Counted from the stretch's first letter, positions 27,040-43,323 are shown. The stretch: DNA of 64,000 nucleotides from Eledone cirrhosa (GCA_964016885.1 OZ024743.1:323392001-323456000); one strand, 5' to 3'. The notes: generated from the sequence alone by a model not told the origin. Numbers and translations are program-made.

Positions 27040-29035
27040 ACAAAGAGAAAACTGGATATTAGAGGAATTGGCCAGAGTGTGGAAGAGACATATCAGTACA
27101 AACAGATGACAAAAAAGGCAGTGCTTCAATTTGAGCAGCGCATAGCAACCAGCCCTGACAGTAAGGTGTTCTGGAAGTATGTTCACTCAAAGCAGAGGCC
27201 TCACTCTCCAGTTGGTCCTCTTCACAAGCCCCACACAAGCCAGGTTACTGACGACCCCAAGGAATGCGCAGAGATCATTGCTGAATGCTATGCAGGCATT
27301 TTCACTATTGAAGACCAGAGTGTACCGTCTCCACTACCTCTGACATCGGATTCTATTACAACTATGGAATTTACACTTGCAATGCTGCGACATCACCTTA
27401 AAAATAAACGCAACCATGCCTCTCCTGGTCTTGATGGTGTTACGTACCTGCTTCTCAAACATGGTGGGTACGTCCTTCTACACCAGTTATCACGCTTCTT
27501 CCAATTCTGTCTGAACAACGGTGCTACTCCAGAAGAGTGGAAACTGCCAGTGTCATTCCTCTGTTCAAAAAGGGTGGCCGCACATCACCTGTGAACTATC
27601 GTCCAGTCAGTCTTACTAGCTGCATTGCCAAACTGATGGAATCCTGTGTCAGAGAAACACTTTGGAACTTCTGGAGCTCTCACAGTCTTATCCAGCCCTC
27701 GCATTTATCCCTAACTCCAGCTGCTGTGATCAACTTATCGAGTTTCTTGAAGACATCACCCGGATCACTGATGGCGGCTCATGGGTGGATGTTGTTTACC
27801 TTGACTTTGCTAAAGCTTTCAATTCTGTGCCACACAAAAGACTTATGGCAAAACTCTCTGCAATGGGTGTGAAGGATAATCTTTTTAACTGGTTGAAGTC
27901 CTTCATTCTCAGTCGAAGAGAGGTAGTTACGGTTCTAGGACAGCATTCCTCACCATATGAGATGTCATCTGGTGTACCACAGGGATCTGTTCTTGGCCCC
28001 CTTTTGTTTGTGGCATATATTAATGACATAGATGCCAACTTAAAGAATACCACAGTACTGAAATATGCAGATGACATCAAGGACCGATCTTGAACACTAT
28101 AGATCTTGCCTGCAATCTGACCTGGACACAATGCAACAATGGATCTCAGACTGGCAACTCAAGCTAGCTGTGGACAAGTGTACCACCATGCATTTTGGGA
28201 GTAAAAACCCAGCATCCATATACTCCCTCCACAACACTAATATCAAGAAGTCTTCTTGTGAATGTGACCTGGGCATTACGGTCAGCAGCTATTTGTGTTG
28301 GACGAAGCACGTCTCTAAAATTGTCAAGAAGGCCAAGGTGTCTTAGCATCACTCAGCAAGACCTTTGTCAACCGCTCTCCAGCTATCTATTTAAAGCTGT
28401 ATATAGCTATGGTGCGGCCACACTTAGAATTTGCATCACCAGTCTGGAACCCCTATCTTACTCAGAACATTGACTGCCTGGAAACTGTTTAGAGACGTGC
28501 AAACCAAGCGAATACCCTCCATCAGGCATCTACCATACTCTGAACGCCTTGCTTCCCTGGGCATGGATACATTGAAGCTCCAACGTCTGGCAACTGACTT
28601 GGTAAATACCCACAAAATTACTAACCATCTTGCCAACAACAACCCTGAGTACCTTTTTGATTTCCATGTGTCTAACACATGTGGGCATGCCCACAAAGTC
28701 AGAAAACAGCACAGCTCCCATGACTTTCGGAAACATTTTTTCATGCTCAGAGTTGCTGAAGCATGGAACAAACTACCAGCATCAGTTATTAGCTGTTGAG
28801 ACACTGCATCCTTTAAAACCTCCATGCTTCCCAAGATCTGCCAACACTACACCCCGAGATCCGCCAACACTACACCTAATATTCCTCCTCCAAACACACG
28901 CACACATGTATATCAAGACTCATGCACTATTCACTTCCCTGACATTTGTATATTTTTCTATGTACTATACATGCACCTTTGACGAGTTGTAGTGCACCTG
29001 AGCACAATAATTTCATCATTATTATTATTATTATT
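27040..29035 (+). mobile_element. CR1/L2-group LINE fragment (frameshifted RT) in a PFK intron
   Basis: NYRPVSLTS, VYLDFAKAF, SGVPQGSVLGPLLF, YADD, RVAEAWNKLP; (ATT)n tail. Confidence 0.88.
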
Positions 29036-29450
29036 ATATCAGTATATCAGTACAGTCTCTTTTCTTCCTTATGACAGCTGGGTAAAAGTGAGAAAAGTGG
29101 TCCAAGTAGAAGGAAGTTGCAGCAGCAGAACACCAAGGAACACAAAGAAAGAAGCGGTAAGAAATAGTGAACATTATGAGGAAGATGAGAAGGGACCATG
29201 ACAAAGGGTGAAATGCTGGATTGAAGAAGAAAATATTTAAACCGGCTTTATCCAGCCAGAATTCGCTCCCTACTTTCTGTTCAAACCGGCCACTCATACT
29301 TATATTAAGGTACAGTTCTCAAAATAATGTCAAAATCTCATAGCTTTGATATTATGTGAGATAATTATGTGAAATAAAGTGTTTACCATGAAAATACAAT
29401 AGTATACATAGAGTAATGTAAATGCTAAAGGGTTAAAACCATAAACTTAC

Positions 29451-29615
29451 CCTTAAATCTGTGATGCTCATATTTTCTTCATAAATGTATGCAGCATCAG
29501 CTCCTCCAGCCAAACCAGCCAGAGTAGCAAGATAGCCACAGTAGCCTCCCATAGTTTCAACGATAAAAACTCTTCTTTTAGTACCCAAAGCTGATTGCTT
29601 GATTCGATCACAAAT
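29451..29615 (-). CDS. PFK: PFK exon [55 protein letters not shown]
   Basis: AG/GT boundaries, 165 bp; [20 protein letters not shown] signature. Confidence 0.98.
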
Positions 29616-29715
29616 CTAAATATTGGATACATAAAAAGTATTAGAAATTAACTAGTAACTACAAAAAAAAATTTTTTAAATTGATAATGAATTTCAACCA
29701 AATAATGAATTTCAA

Positions 29716-30050
29716 GTGTGTAACTCAGAGATCAGAGAGTCATTCAAGGTAGAGCTGCTACTTCTCCAAATTGAGAGATCACAGCTCCAATACTATGGGC
29801 ATGTGGTTAGAATGTCTCAGGAAAGAATCACTGGGCAGATTTTACAAGCAAAACCAACCGACAAGAGACCCAGGTGTAGACCCCAAACAAGATGGTTGGA
29901 TAACATCCATGAGCTTGGCTGACCATGCTTGGAGATCCAGCCAGATCAGTTGGAGATGGTTGCTTCTGACAGGACCCGCTGGAAGGAGTGTTTGAGGACT
30001 CTGCCCCCACAACCCTCTCAGGAATAAGTGGGTTAAGAAGAAAAGAAGAA
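29716..30050 (+). mobile_element. RTE-like 3' fragment
   Basis: LQYYGHVVRM...RPRCRPQTRW; (AAG)n-like tail. Confidence 0.7.
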
Positions 30051-30703
30051 TTTTAACCAGAACTCATTTGCCAGGTGATATGTTTCATATTAGCTGCTAA
30101 TGTTGAGTAGCTGACAAATTATCTGAGGAAATAAATGATATACTTGTGGAGATAAAAAATAATACAGTTAAGATAGCAGATAAATATTTGTAGTACCTAG
30201 TTTGAGAAGAGGGGATAGTAGGCACCTTATAGATAACACAATCAACAGGCAAGCAATAGATTGGAATCTTGTCAGTCAGCTTGTTGCTCTTTTTCTATTT
30301 AAAGTTAGTGCTTATAAAAACTAATAGTCTTAACATAGGAGATAGTTTTACTGTTTTCTCATACCATCATGGTCACATGTGAATTTTACCACTGGAAGTT
30401 CTTCCTACAACATATCTGAAGTAGGAAAGCAGAGTACATGTTCTTTGTTTAAGGGCACTTTTCACAGTCGCCCAGTGGCTCAGATCCCCCCTCCCCCACA
30501 AACACACACACACGTGGGGTGTCCTACATCAAGCAGTTCCTGCTATGGGAGTGCTACAGGGACAGTCTCACCATTTTTAGCATTATGATGTGGCATGGTT
30601 AGCATCTCTCTGCTTTAACAGGGGAAAAGATTGGCTATCTAACTATTTATAAGTTTAATATCATTAGATGAATAAAAGTATTTCAGAAATAGAAGTTACT
30701 TAC

Positions 30704-30856
30704 ATCAGTAATTTCATTAAGAGCTGTGTCAGCTCCTAAACTGAAATCTGTACCAGGGATATTATTACTGATGGTACAGGGGATGACAACCATGGGGATA
30801 CAAAATGCCGGAAAACGATAACGTGCTTCACACAATTGTACAATGCTGTGATATGC
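30704..30856 (-). CDS. PFK: PFK exon [51 protein letters not shown]
   Basis: AG/GT boundaries, 153 bp; IPxTISNNxPGTDFSxGADTALN motif. Confidence 0.97.
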
Positions 30857-31553
30857 CTAAAAGAGAAAAATAAACCAAATGTAGTTTATATAAACATAAT
30901 TTTCAAGTTATTAACATTTTTCCACATTTAAAACAAGTTAACTATAAAATAATGATAAATGAAATGGTTAATATAAATTATTTGAGTATATAATTATTTC
31001 ATATCCACAATCGATCATTCTGCTAATAATAGTAGCTAAATCTCTCTCAAATCATACCCTACCATCTTAAAAAAAGATCACATTGAACAGTGTAATTCTA
31101 GATATACAAAATCATATGGTCATGACTGGAGTGTTTGATAATAGGTCAATTCAATAAGAGCTAACCTGGTCAGCAACACCAACATGCCCTAAAGCACAAG
31201 GACATTTTGACAACCTCCAGCAATCTTTTCACTGTTCATTTTGTTACTGAAACTAATTTGCATGCTACATTTGAAATACAGAATCTTGATAAATATTTTT
31301 AAAGTTATCTACTTCTTTCTTACATTTTCTACAATCATTAATATTTCAATGTCCTGTTTGACCTCTGTCTTACATTTTCTATAGTCATTATTAGTTCAAT
31401 GTCCTATTTGACCACTGACCTCTTTCTTACACTTTCTACATGATGTTAACTTTGCCTTTCATCTTTACAGGGTCAATAAAATAAAGTACCAGTAATACAC
31501 TGGCAAATAAACTGTCCATAATAATAGAATATTGATTATAAACAATTGTATAC

Positions 31554-31644
31554 CTCAAATCCACCAATAACACAGAGACCATGTATTTTGTGTTTGACAA
31601 ATTTGGCAGCGATTTTCTCAAGTCCAATCTTTCCAGCAATCATT
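31554..31644 (-). CDS. PFK: PFK exon MIAGKIGLEKIAAKFVKHKIHGLCVIGGFE
   Basis: AG/GT boundaries, 91 bp, phase matches; IGGFE motif. Confidence 0.95.
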
Positions 31645-31779
31645 CTAAAATAAAAATAATTTCAAAGAGTTCATGTTAATGGAATTTTCATCATATAAAC
31701 ATTATACTTGTAAAATAGACTTCATTGGCTTCCTTCTTAATTTGATGTAAAAGCAGGCAAACATACAACTCTTTCATTA

Positions 31780-32748
31780 TGCTACGGTACTGAAATATGC
31801 AGAACCTTGAAATCAAAAGGACTGATCCTGAAATCTACAACTCTTTCCTACAATCAGACCTGGACACAATGCAACAATGGATCACAGACTGGCAACTGAA
31901 GCTGGCTGTGGACAAGTGTACCACCATGCATTTTGGGAGGAAAAATCCAGCGTCCACATACTCCCTCCACAACACTGATATCAAGAAGTCCTCTTGTGAA
32001 TGTGACCTGGGCATTACTGTCAGCAGCGATTTGCGTTGGACAAAGCATGTCTCTAAGATTATCAAGAAGGCCGAGGGTGTCTTGGCATCACTCAGCAAGA
32101 CCTTTGTTAGCCGCTCTCCAGCCATCTATTTAAAACTGTATACAGCTATGGTACGACCACACTTGGAATCCGCATCATCAGTCTGGAACCCTTATCTTGC
32201 TCAGAACATTGACTGCCTGGAAACTATTCAGAGACATGCAACCAAGCGCATACCCTCCATCAGACACCTACCATACTCTGAACGCCTTGCTTCCCTGGGC
32301 ATGGATTTATTGAAGCTCCGACGTCTGGCAATGGACTTGGTAAACACCCACAAAGTTATTAACCATCTCGCCAACAACAACCCTGAGCACCTTTTTGATC
32401 TCCATGTGTCTAACACACGTGGACATGCCTACAAAATCAGAAAACAGAACAGCTCCCATGACTTTCGTAAACATTTTTTCACGCTCAGAGTTGCTGAAGC
32501 ATGGAACAAACTGCCTGCGTCAGTTGTTAGCTGCCGAGACACTGCTTCCTTTAAAACACTCATGCTTCCCGAAATACGCCAAAACTACACCTGATGAACC
32601 CCTTCCATACACATGCACACATGTATATCATGACTCATGCACTGTTCATTTTCCTGACGTTTGTACATTACCCTATGTACTATACATACACTTTTTGATG
32701 AGTTGTAGTGCACCTGAGCACTGTACACAATATTTCATTATTATTATT
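31780..32748 (+). mobile_element. CR1/L2-group LINE 3' fragment, same family as 27040-29035
   Basis: 265-aa ORF 31797-32594 (DLGI, VRPHLE, AWNKLP); (ATT)n tail. Confidence 0.88.
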
Positions 32749-33094
32749 TTTGCCTTTCATCCTTACGGGGTCGATAAAATAAAGTACCAGTAATGCACTG
32801 GGTAATTGCTGGCCTTGTGCCAAAAGTAGAAACTATTATTATTATTATTATTACCATATTTCTAATGAAAGACACTGTGTTTCAATTAATTTTAAAGATA
32901 ATGAAACATTTGGAGGAATTTAGTAAAATAACTTTTTCACCATCAAGTTGATATTTGGAACATAATCTAACAAAAAGTTCTTAAATAAAAATTATGATGG
33001 AATGCTTTTATATAAAAAAACACACATTAAAATGGGTAGTTTTGTATCACAGAACTAAGGACAGCTTCAAGCAGAGTCATATCAAAAGGATTAA

Positions 33095-33302
33095 CGCTTT
33101 AGCATTTAAACCGGCTGTATCCAGCCAGAATTCTCTCAGCTCTTTCTGTTCAAACCGGCCATAACTTGCCACACATACTGCTGTTAAGGTATTGTTCTCA
33201 AAATAAATAACATCAAAATCTCGTAGATTTGATATTATGAGAGATAAAGCCTTTACCACAAAAATACAATAATATATATAGAGTAATGTAAATGCTAAAG
33301 GG
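33095..33302. mobile_element. piggyBac-like MITE; a truncated sister copy lies at about 29235-29432
   Basis: TTAA on both sides; TIRs cgctttagcattta / taaatgctaaaggg. Confidence 0.75.
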
Positions 33303-33960
33303 TTAAATATTAAATACTGTTTACAAATCCCAAATCAGAATTGTTTTATAGTGAATGAAGCTCACCTAACTGACATTTAACAGATATTAAGAAGGAGGCC
33401 ATGTCCATTATCTCTTTAACATTCCATTTTTCATGTCAACACATCTTTCTATGCAATTTGATCTAATGTCTCATCTATGAAGCCCAACATCAATTCTAAC
33501 TACTTCATCTCAATTTTCTTCTCAGTTTACTTCTATCACATTTATTTTTCACTAACAATTTCTGTCACTTCTCACTCAGTATCAGCATCATGATCAACAT
33601 AATCATTTTATGTCTGCTTTTCCATGCTTGCATACGTTGAGCAGGACCTTTCCAGCTCAGCTTTCCTCCGCTCATTGTGCTCCTTCATCAGCATGTACCA
33701 TTTATTTATATATATTATCCACACCCGTACAGTGGCCTCTCACACTGAATGTATCATCAATTCTTTTGACATACTGCTAATTACTAAACTCATTTAATCT
33801 ATTTTATTAGTTAACATAGCACACATAATTAATCAAAAACATTCACTCCAAATTAATTAAACCAGATATTTTTCTTGTTTCATATACATAAATAAAATAT
33901 GTTAACAACATTACAGAAACAAAAAAAAAAATTGGGAAAAAGACTTCAATTTGAAATTAC

Positions 33961-34031
33961 TTTTTGGTGCCCAATAAAGATCCACCCTTGCTGGTCCAGC
34001 CTCGCACATCTTCCCAAGCGATTGGAGTCAC
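33961..34031 (-). CDS. PFK: PFK exon VTPIAWEDVRGWTSKGGSLLGTK
   Basis: AG/GT boundaries, 71 bp; GWTxxGGSxLGTK motif. Confidence 0.95.
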
Positions 34032-34402
34032 CTGTAATTAATATAAGTATCATCATTAATGTTGTTATTATTGCTATTAATATTATATTGCTATCAGTAT
34101 TATTAACATTGTATCTTTGCTCATTACATCTTGTTCACATGGATCTGTATTTTGGCTTGGTTTCTACGGTTGGATGTCTTTCCTAATGCCAACCATGTAC
34201 AGTGTGGATATTTGAAGATTTGATAGTACTGCATACAATTAGACATATAACTGGTGATATTTATTCATTTATTTTATTAATTTTACTTTATTAATAAAAC
34301 TTAATTAAAAAGTATGTCACTCATGTTTGGAAAGCTCTGATCGAGAAATATGAAATATTTTTTTTTAAATTCAAAATGAAAAATATATTATTAAAAACTT
34401 AC

Positions 34403-34549
34403 ATTGTCGTTTAGCAGGCCATCAAAACTGTCGTGGATTATGAGGATATTATAGCCCTTAGTGATACCAAGGCGGACAAAAGATCTCATTGCGGCATTCA
34501 TACCACATGCAGGTGCGCCAATATTCATAAGAGCTATATTCTTAGTATC
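34403..34549 (-). CDS. PFK: PFK exon DTKNIALMNIGAPACGMNAAMRSFVRLGITKGYNILIIHDSFDGLLNDN
   Basis: AG/GT boundaries, 147 bp; GAPAxGMNAA motif that opens the C-terminal regulatory half. Confidence 0.96.
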
Positions 34550-34927
34550 CTGTTAGAATAACAAGAGTTATTAATTAGAATTCCTTAATAGTTGGTAGTA
34601 AATACAACATGCTGTTGCGACAAACATATTTTAGTAAATAATCAATTAAAAACCTAGAAAACCTCACAAAAAAAAAATATATATATATATGCTAAGATTA
34701 GAACAACAAAAATTGGTAGCTAGTTTCATTTAAAGCATAAATATATTTAAAAAAACACATAACATAAATTTATTGATAATTTTGTATATGAAATAAGGAA
34801 ATGTTTTAGAGAGTCTGTTTAAGATATTTAGTTATTAGAAATGACTGAGTTTGCTGATACAATATTTCTGCTAAATCATTCAACATTAAGATTTTTTAAA
34901 ATAGTAATACTGAAAGCGTAATCTTAC

Positions 34928-35003
34928 CCCAGAAGAAGGATGAGAGCTTGGTGGGCGCAATTTGGTTAATTTTCTATATGTCAACAAGTTATTTAAGAAA
35001 CTT
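34928..35003 (-). CDS. PFK: 6-phosphofructokinase exon (linker: (R)SFLNNLLTYRKLTKLRPPSSHPSSG); most 5' PFK exon visible
   Basis: ttgtag acceptor, gtaag donor, 76 bp (1 nt + 25 codons); resembles the PFK RGRSFxNNxxxYK linker; in frame with the next exon. Confidence 0.9.
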
Positions 35004-35509
35004 CTACAAACAGAAACAAAGAAAAACAAAAAAGACATGAAAAATTAAGTATAAAAATTATCAATTTAATTCGCTTCTAAAATTGCATTTAAAATGTTCT
35101 TTCAATCCAATTCATAAACTAAACTGTCATAAAGCTGAGTGATTAAAATGTTTGCTTTGGAACCACGTATATTTAGATGTAGGTCCGCTGTGACACCTTG
35201 ACAAGTGTCTTCTACAATAGCCACAGACCAACTAGTGCCTTGTGAATCAATCTGGTAGATCACAACTGGATACAAGCCAGTTGTGTATTTATCATCAGCA
35301 TGTACTGGGTGCGTTTATTGTGTAGATCAGCAATACTGGGGAAGTTGTCAAGTCTTTGACATGACTGAAGGGTCCTCCCTAACCTTGACGCCCTTCCTAT
35401 CACCAACCACTTTACAGCATGTACTGGGTGTTGTTTATCATGTAGATCACCAACACTACAGAGTTTGCCAAACTGGCACGATTGAAGTGTCCTCTCTCTC
35501 TCATATATA

Positions 35510-36300
35510 CAGGGTGTGGACAATATTTGTTCGCAATTTTCAACTGCTAATTTTATGCAAATTTTTTTTACTTCCGTTGTCACTCTTGTCTTCATAAAAA
35601 CAGTGACTATATTTCCATTATTTATTTTCAGAATAATTGAATATGAATAATTTTGAACCTCCAAATTTGTGGAAGAGACACGGAGTTCTTCTTGGAATCC
35701 GCGCCGGGAGGACAAATAAGGAAATTTCAGAAACTCCCCGAACAACAGGTGGCTCGCTGTCTCATCCAAAGACGTGCCCAGAGTCATGCAGACAAAGTTT
35801 CCAGCGTCTTAGGTGTCGTCAGCAGTCAAGGTGACGTCATGCCACCTCACTTCTTCCCTGAGGGCCTCAAGCTGAACACCAATGGCTACATCCGCATTCT
35901 GAGCGAGGTAGTAAAGCCCTGGATCGACCAGGTAGCTGCAGGTAGCCCATATGTGTGGCAGCAAGACTCAGCGCCCTGCCGTACCAGCTGAAAGACCCAA
36001 GCCTGGCTGTCAGAGAACTTCGTCGACCACACTTCACCTGATATCTGGCCTCCCAGCTCGCCTGACTGCAACCCCCTCGACTTCTTTGTGTGGGGTGCAG
36101 TGGAACAAGACACCAACAGATCTAGCTGCAATACGAAAGATGATCTGAAGGCCAGGATCACAAGTGCCTTTAGAGGCCCAAGTCGGGGGACAGTGACGAA
36201 GGCCTGTGGCCAGTTCTGAGGCCACCTTGAGGCCGTCATCAAAGCCAATGGGGGGCTCGATAGAGCCCCCCATTGGCTTTGATGAGGGCTCGATAGGGAT
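35510..36300 (+). mobile_element. Tc1/mariner relic, DD37D (maT-like) transposase pseudogene
   Basis: TA+cagggtg left end; VWQQDSAPC...[17 protein letters not shown] with 37 codons between the second and third Asp; internal stop and deletion; right TIR not seen. Confidence 0.8.
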
Positions 36301-36841
36301 TATTTTTATATATATATATATACACATATATATATACACATATATATATATACACAGATATATATATACACATATATATATACACATATATATATACACA
36401 TATATATATATACACATATATATATATACACATATATATATACACATATATATATATACACATATATATATATACACATATATATATATACACATATATA
36501 TATATACACATATATATATACACACATATATATATACACACATATATATATACACACATATATATATACACATATATATATATACACATATATATACACA
36601 TATATATATATACACATATATATATACACATATATATATACACATATATATATACACATATATATATACACATATATATATATACATATATACATACACA
36701 TATATATATATACATATATACACATATATATATACACATATATATATACACATATATATATATACATATATACACATATATATATACACATATATATATA
36801 TACATATATACACATATATATATATACATATATATATATAT

Positions 36842-37304
36842 ACAAGACAATGTCACTGGACCGAGACCTTTGGCGGTACTCAGTAACAGAGAAGACCCGC
36901 CTTACCTAAATATATAGTAAAACCTACTCCAGCCAGTAGGCATCTCTAACAAACCGATCCACACCACCCGATCCACACCACCCGATCCACACCACCCCGT
37001 TCTATGTAAAGTTATGTTGGTGCCGCGCCATCGAGGCCGAAACAAATGAGATCGTGTAGGTGTCACGACAAAAAAACACACAGTCCACGCTGTAATGTGG
37101 CCGTGTAGGCAACACGGTAAAAACCTCCCAGACCCACACTGTAAATGTGGTTGGTGTTAGGAAGGGCATCCAACTGTAGAAAACCTGCCAGACAGTCCTA
37201 TGCGAGCAAGACAATCACTCTTGCCTCAAGTGGGACTACCCCCGTCCAAACCCATGCAAGCGTGGAACACGGACGTTAAACGTTGATGATGATGATGATG
37301 ATGA
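36842..37304 (+). mobile_element. 5'-truncated RTE 3' end, near identical to the full-length copy
   Basis: Reverse complement of about 54970-55431, including the (GAT)n tail; sits inside a TA/CA microsatellite. Confidence 0.9.
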
Positions 37305-37347
37305 TATATATATACACACATATATATACACATATATATATACATAC

Positions 37348-37394
<47 letters not shown>

Positions 37395-37411
37395 CATACA
37401 TATATATATAC

Positions 37412-37480
<69 letters not shown>

Positions 37481-37489
37481 CATATATAC

Positions 37490-37620
<131 letters not shown>

Positions 37621-37737
37621 CATATATATACATACACATATATATACATATATATATATATACATATATATATACATACATACATATATATATATATACA
37701 TATATATACATATATATATACATACATATATATATAC

Positions 37738-37790
<53 letters not shown>

Positions 37791-37807
37791 CATACATATA
37801 TATATAC

Positions 37808-37842
<35 letters not shown>

Positions 37843-37859
37843 CATACATATATATATAC

Positions 37860-37894
<35 letters not shown>

Positions 37895-37911
37895 CATACA
37901 TATATATATAC

Positions 37912-37992
<81 letters not shown>

Positions 37993-38340
37993 CATACATA
38001 TATATATATACATACATACATATATACATATATATATACATATATATATATACATATATATATACATATATATATATACATATATATATACATATATATA
38101 TATACATATATATATACATATATATATACATAATATATATATATACATACATATATATATACATATATATATACATATATATATATATGTACATATATAT
38201 ATACATATATATATATATGTACATATATATATACATATATATATACATATATACATATATATATACATATATATATACATATATACATATACATACATAT
38301 ATATATACATACATATATATATACATACATATATATATAC

Positions 38341-38375
<35 letters not shown>

Positions 38376-38392
38376 CATACATATATATATAC

Positions 38393-38473
<81 letters not shown>

Positions 38474-38479
38474 CATACA

Positions 38480-38539
<60 letters not shown>

Positions 38540-38682
38540 CATACATATATATATATACATACATACATATATATATTACATATATATATACATATATATA
38601 TATACATATATATATACATATATATATATACATATATATATCATATATATATATACATATATATATATACATATATATATAC

Positions 38683-38713
<31 letters not shown>

Positions 38714-38934
38714 CATAATATACATATATATATATATATACATAATATATATATATACATACATATATATATACATATATATATACATATATATATATGT
38801 ACATATATATATACATATATATATATATGTACATATTATATACATATATATACATATATACATATATGTACATATATATATACATAATATATACATATAT
38901 ACATATATATATACATATATATATACATATATAC

Positions 38935-38978
<44 letters not shown>

Positions 38979-39016
38979 ATACATATATATATACATATAT
39001 ATATATACATATAATA

Positions 39017-39076
<60 letters not shown>

Positions 39077-39085
39077 TACATATAC

Positions 39086-39134
<49 letters not shown>

Positions 39135-39145
39135 CATATATATAC

Positions 39146-39180
<35 letters not shown>

Positions 39181-39319
39181 CATACATAAATATATACATA
39201 TATATATGTATATATATATATATATATACATATATATATACATATACATATATACATATATATATACATATAATATATATATATACATATACATATATAT
39301 ATATACATATATAATATAC

Positions 39320-39353
<34 letters not shown>

Positions 39354-39413
39354 ATACATATATATATATATACATATATATATACATATATATATATATA
39401 CATATATATATAC

Positions 39414-39463
<50 letters not shown>

Positions 39464-39495
39464 ATACATATATATATATATACATATATATATAC

Positions 39496-39544
<49 letters not shown>

Positions 39545-39616
39545 TATATATATACATATACATATATATATATACATATATATATATACATATATATATA
39601 TACATATATATATATG

Positions 39617-39647
<31 letters not shown>

Positions 39648-39663
39648 ACATATATATATATAC

Positions 39664-39698
<35 letters not shown>

Positions 39699-39909
39699 CA
39701 TATATACATATATATATACATATATATACATATATATATATACATATATATATACATATATAAATACATATACATATATATATACATATATATATACATA
39801 TATATATACATACATATATACATACATATATACATACATACATATATATATACATATATATATATATACATATATATATACATACATATATATATACATA
39901 TATATATAC

Positions 39910-39940
<31 letters not shown>

Positions 39941-40005
39941 CATATATATATATACATATATATATATATGATACATATATATATATATATACTATATATA
40001 TATAC

Positions 40006-40054
<49 letters not shown>

Positions 40055-40085
40055 CATATATATATACATATTATATATATATATC

Positions 40086-40116
<31 letters not shown>

Positions 40117-40129
40117 CATATATATATAC

Positions 40130-40244
<115 letters not shown>

Positions 40245-40348
40245 TATATACATAAATATATACATATATATATATATACATATATATATTATATACATAT
40301 ATATATATATACATATATATATATACATATATATACATATATATATAC

Positions 40349-40483
<135 letters not shown>

Positions 40484-40510
40484 CATATATATATATACAT
40501 ATATATATAC

Positions 40511-40541
<31 letters not shown>

Positions 40542-40554
40542 CATATATATATAC

Positions 40555-40601
<47 letters not shown>

Positions 40602-40690
40602 CATATATATATATACATATATATATATACATATATATATATACATATATATATACATATATACATATATATATATACATATATATATAC

Positions 40691-40744
<54 letters not shown>

Positions 40745-40798
40745 ATACATATATATATACATATATATATACATATATATATACATATATATATATAC

Positions 40799-40829
<31 letters not shown>

Positions 40830-40994
40830 CATATATACATACATATATATATATATACATATATACATACATATATATATATATACATATATACATATAT
40901 ATATATATACATATATATATATACATATATACATATATATATATATACATATATACATACATATATATATATATACATACATATATATATATAC

Positions 40995-41027
<33 letters not shown>

Positions 41028-41078
41028 CATATATACATACACAAATATACATATACATATATATATATACATATATAC

Positions 41079-41115
<37 letters not shown>

Positions 41116-41148
41116 CATATATACATATATATATATATACATATATAG

Positions 41149-41224
41149 TTTTAATATAGAAGAGATTCTACAGGACTAGAACTGTTTCATTCATTAGAAA
41201 TCATCAGGAATCTGGGTATCAAAA
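41149..41224 (-). ncRNA. Solo type I hammerhead ribozyme
   Basis: Minus strand reads AGAUUC CUGAUGA u UUC uaau GAA u GAAA CAG uucuaguc CUG UA GAAUCU; stems I, II and III all pair; distal stem UUUUGAUA/UAUUAAAA. Confidence 0.8.
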
Positions 41225-41880
41225 AATAAATATGGTATTTATAGGTCTCTACAAGTGGTAGGAGAGGGTGGGGAGTGGGATGGGTGCAGGTCATTGGTTG
41301 ATAGAAAAGGGAATTCATTAAAAGCTAATTCTACAAAGCTATAGTTTATTTTTATTTTTATTTATATTTATTTATGTTTTTAGAGTAACAAAGGCAGACA
41401 GAATTCTATAAACAGGTTCCGGATGGCATACCATTCCTTGTCAATAAGTTTCTCTTAAGCTAACAGATGTCTATTAAGTCAGTGGGGGGTCAGTCATGGT
41501 CGATAGGATTAAAGAAAAGGGAGATTCTTTAAAAGCTAAAGTCATTAAGGTTCTACTAAGTGACAAAGGTCTAGAGAATTCTGCAGACAGATTCAAAATA
41601 CTGAGTGCATATCTTACTATTATCTTCGAACTTCTCTTAAACTAATCAACTTTATGCCAAAAATCAACAGACACATTCACAAAAAAACAAAAAGACAAAA
41701 AAACACATACTCACTCACACACTTACGCGCAACCATAAACACACACACAAACACATATACACACATAAAAACACACACACATATATAAAAAATATAAATA
41801 TATATAAATATAAATATATATTCATGTACACACACATATACATACACACATACATACATACATACATATACAATACATAT

Positions 41881-41939
<59 letters not shown>

Positions 41940-41970
41940 CATATATACATATACACAGATACACACATAC

Positions 41971-42014
<44 letters not shown>

Positions 42015-42058
42015 CACATACATATATACATATACACAGATACACACATACATATGTA

Positions 42059-42107
<49 letters not shown>

Positions 42108-42224
42108 TATACACAGATACAACCACACATACACATACATACACACACACAAACATATGTACACAAATAAATACACTCACACGCATACATACAAACACGA
42201 GTATACATATGTATAAATATTTAT

Positions 42225-42275
<51 letters not shown>

Positions 42276-42299
42276 CACATACGTACATACACACATATG

Positions 42300-42348
<49 letters not shown>

Positions 42349-42426
42349 TACACACACATACTATATACATACACATATATATATATCCCTACATATACAA
42401 ACATACACAGACCTATACATAAATAT

Positions 42427-42465
<39 letters not shown>

Positions 42466-42773
42466 CGCATACACACACACACACACCCACACACAAAATA
42501 TATATACACACTCTCTCTCTCACGCACATATATATATATATAGTATATATATATACACACACATACACATACATATATATATACACATATATATACATAT
42601 ATATATATACACAAATATATACGATCCATACACATATACACATATATATATATATATATATATTACACACACATACACACACATATACACATATATATAC
42701 ATACATACACACATACACAAACACAGACACATTCAAATACACATATATACACACATACACAAAACACACACAC

Positions 42774-42830
<57 letters not shown>

Positions 42831-42937
42831 CATATATACACACATACATACATACACATACATATACATATATACACACACATACATACACACATACACA
42901 TACATACATATACACATATACATATATATACACACAT

Positions 42938-42986
<49 letters not shown>

Positions 42987-43067
42987 TATATATATATACA
43001 CACATACATATACATACATATACACACACACACATACACACATATATACATATATACATACAAATAT

Positions 43068-43119
<52 letters not shown>

Positions 43120-43203
43120 CTGCCCACACAACCATATACATATATATATACATACATATACATACATATATATACACATATATACATATATATATATATA
43201 CAC

Positions 43204-43237
<34 letters not shown>

Positions 43238-43247
43238 GCACACACAC

Positions 43248-43280
<33 letters not shown>

Positions 43281-43283
43281 TAC

Positions 43284-43323
<40 letters not shown>

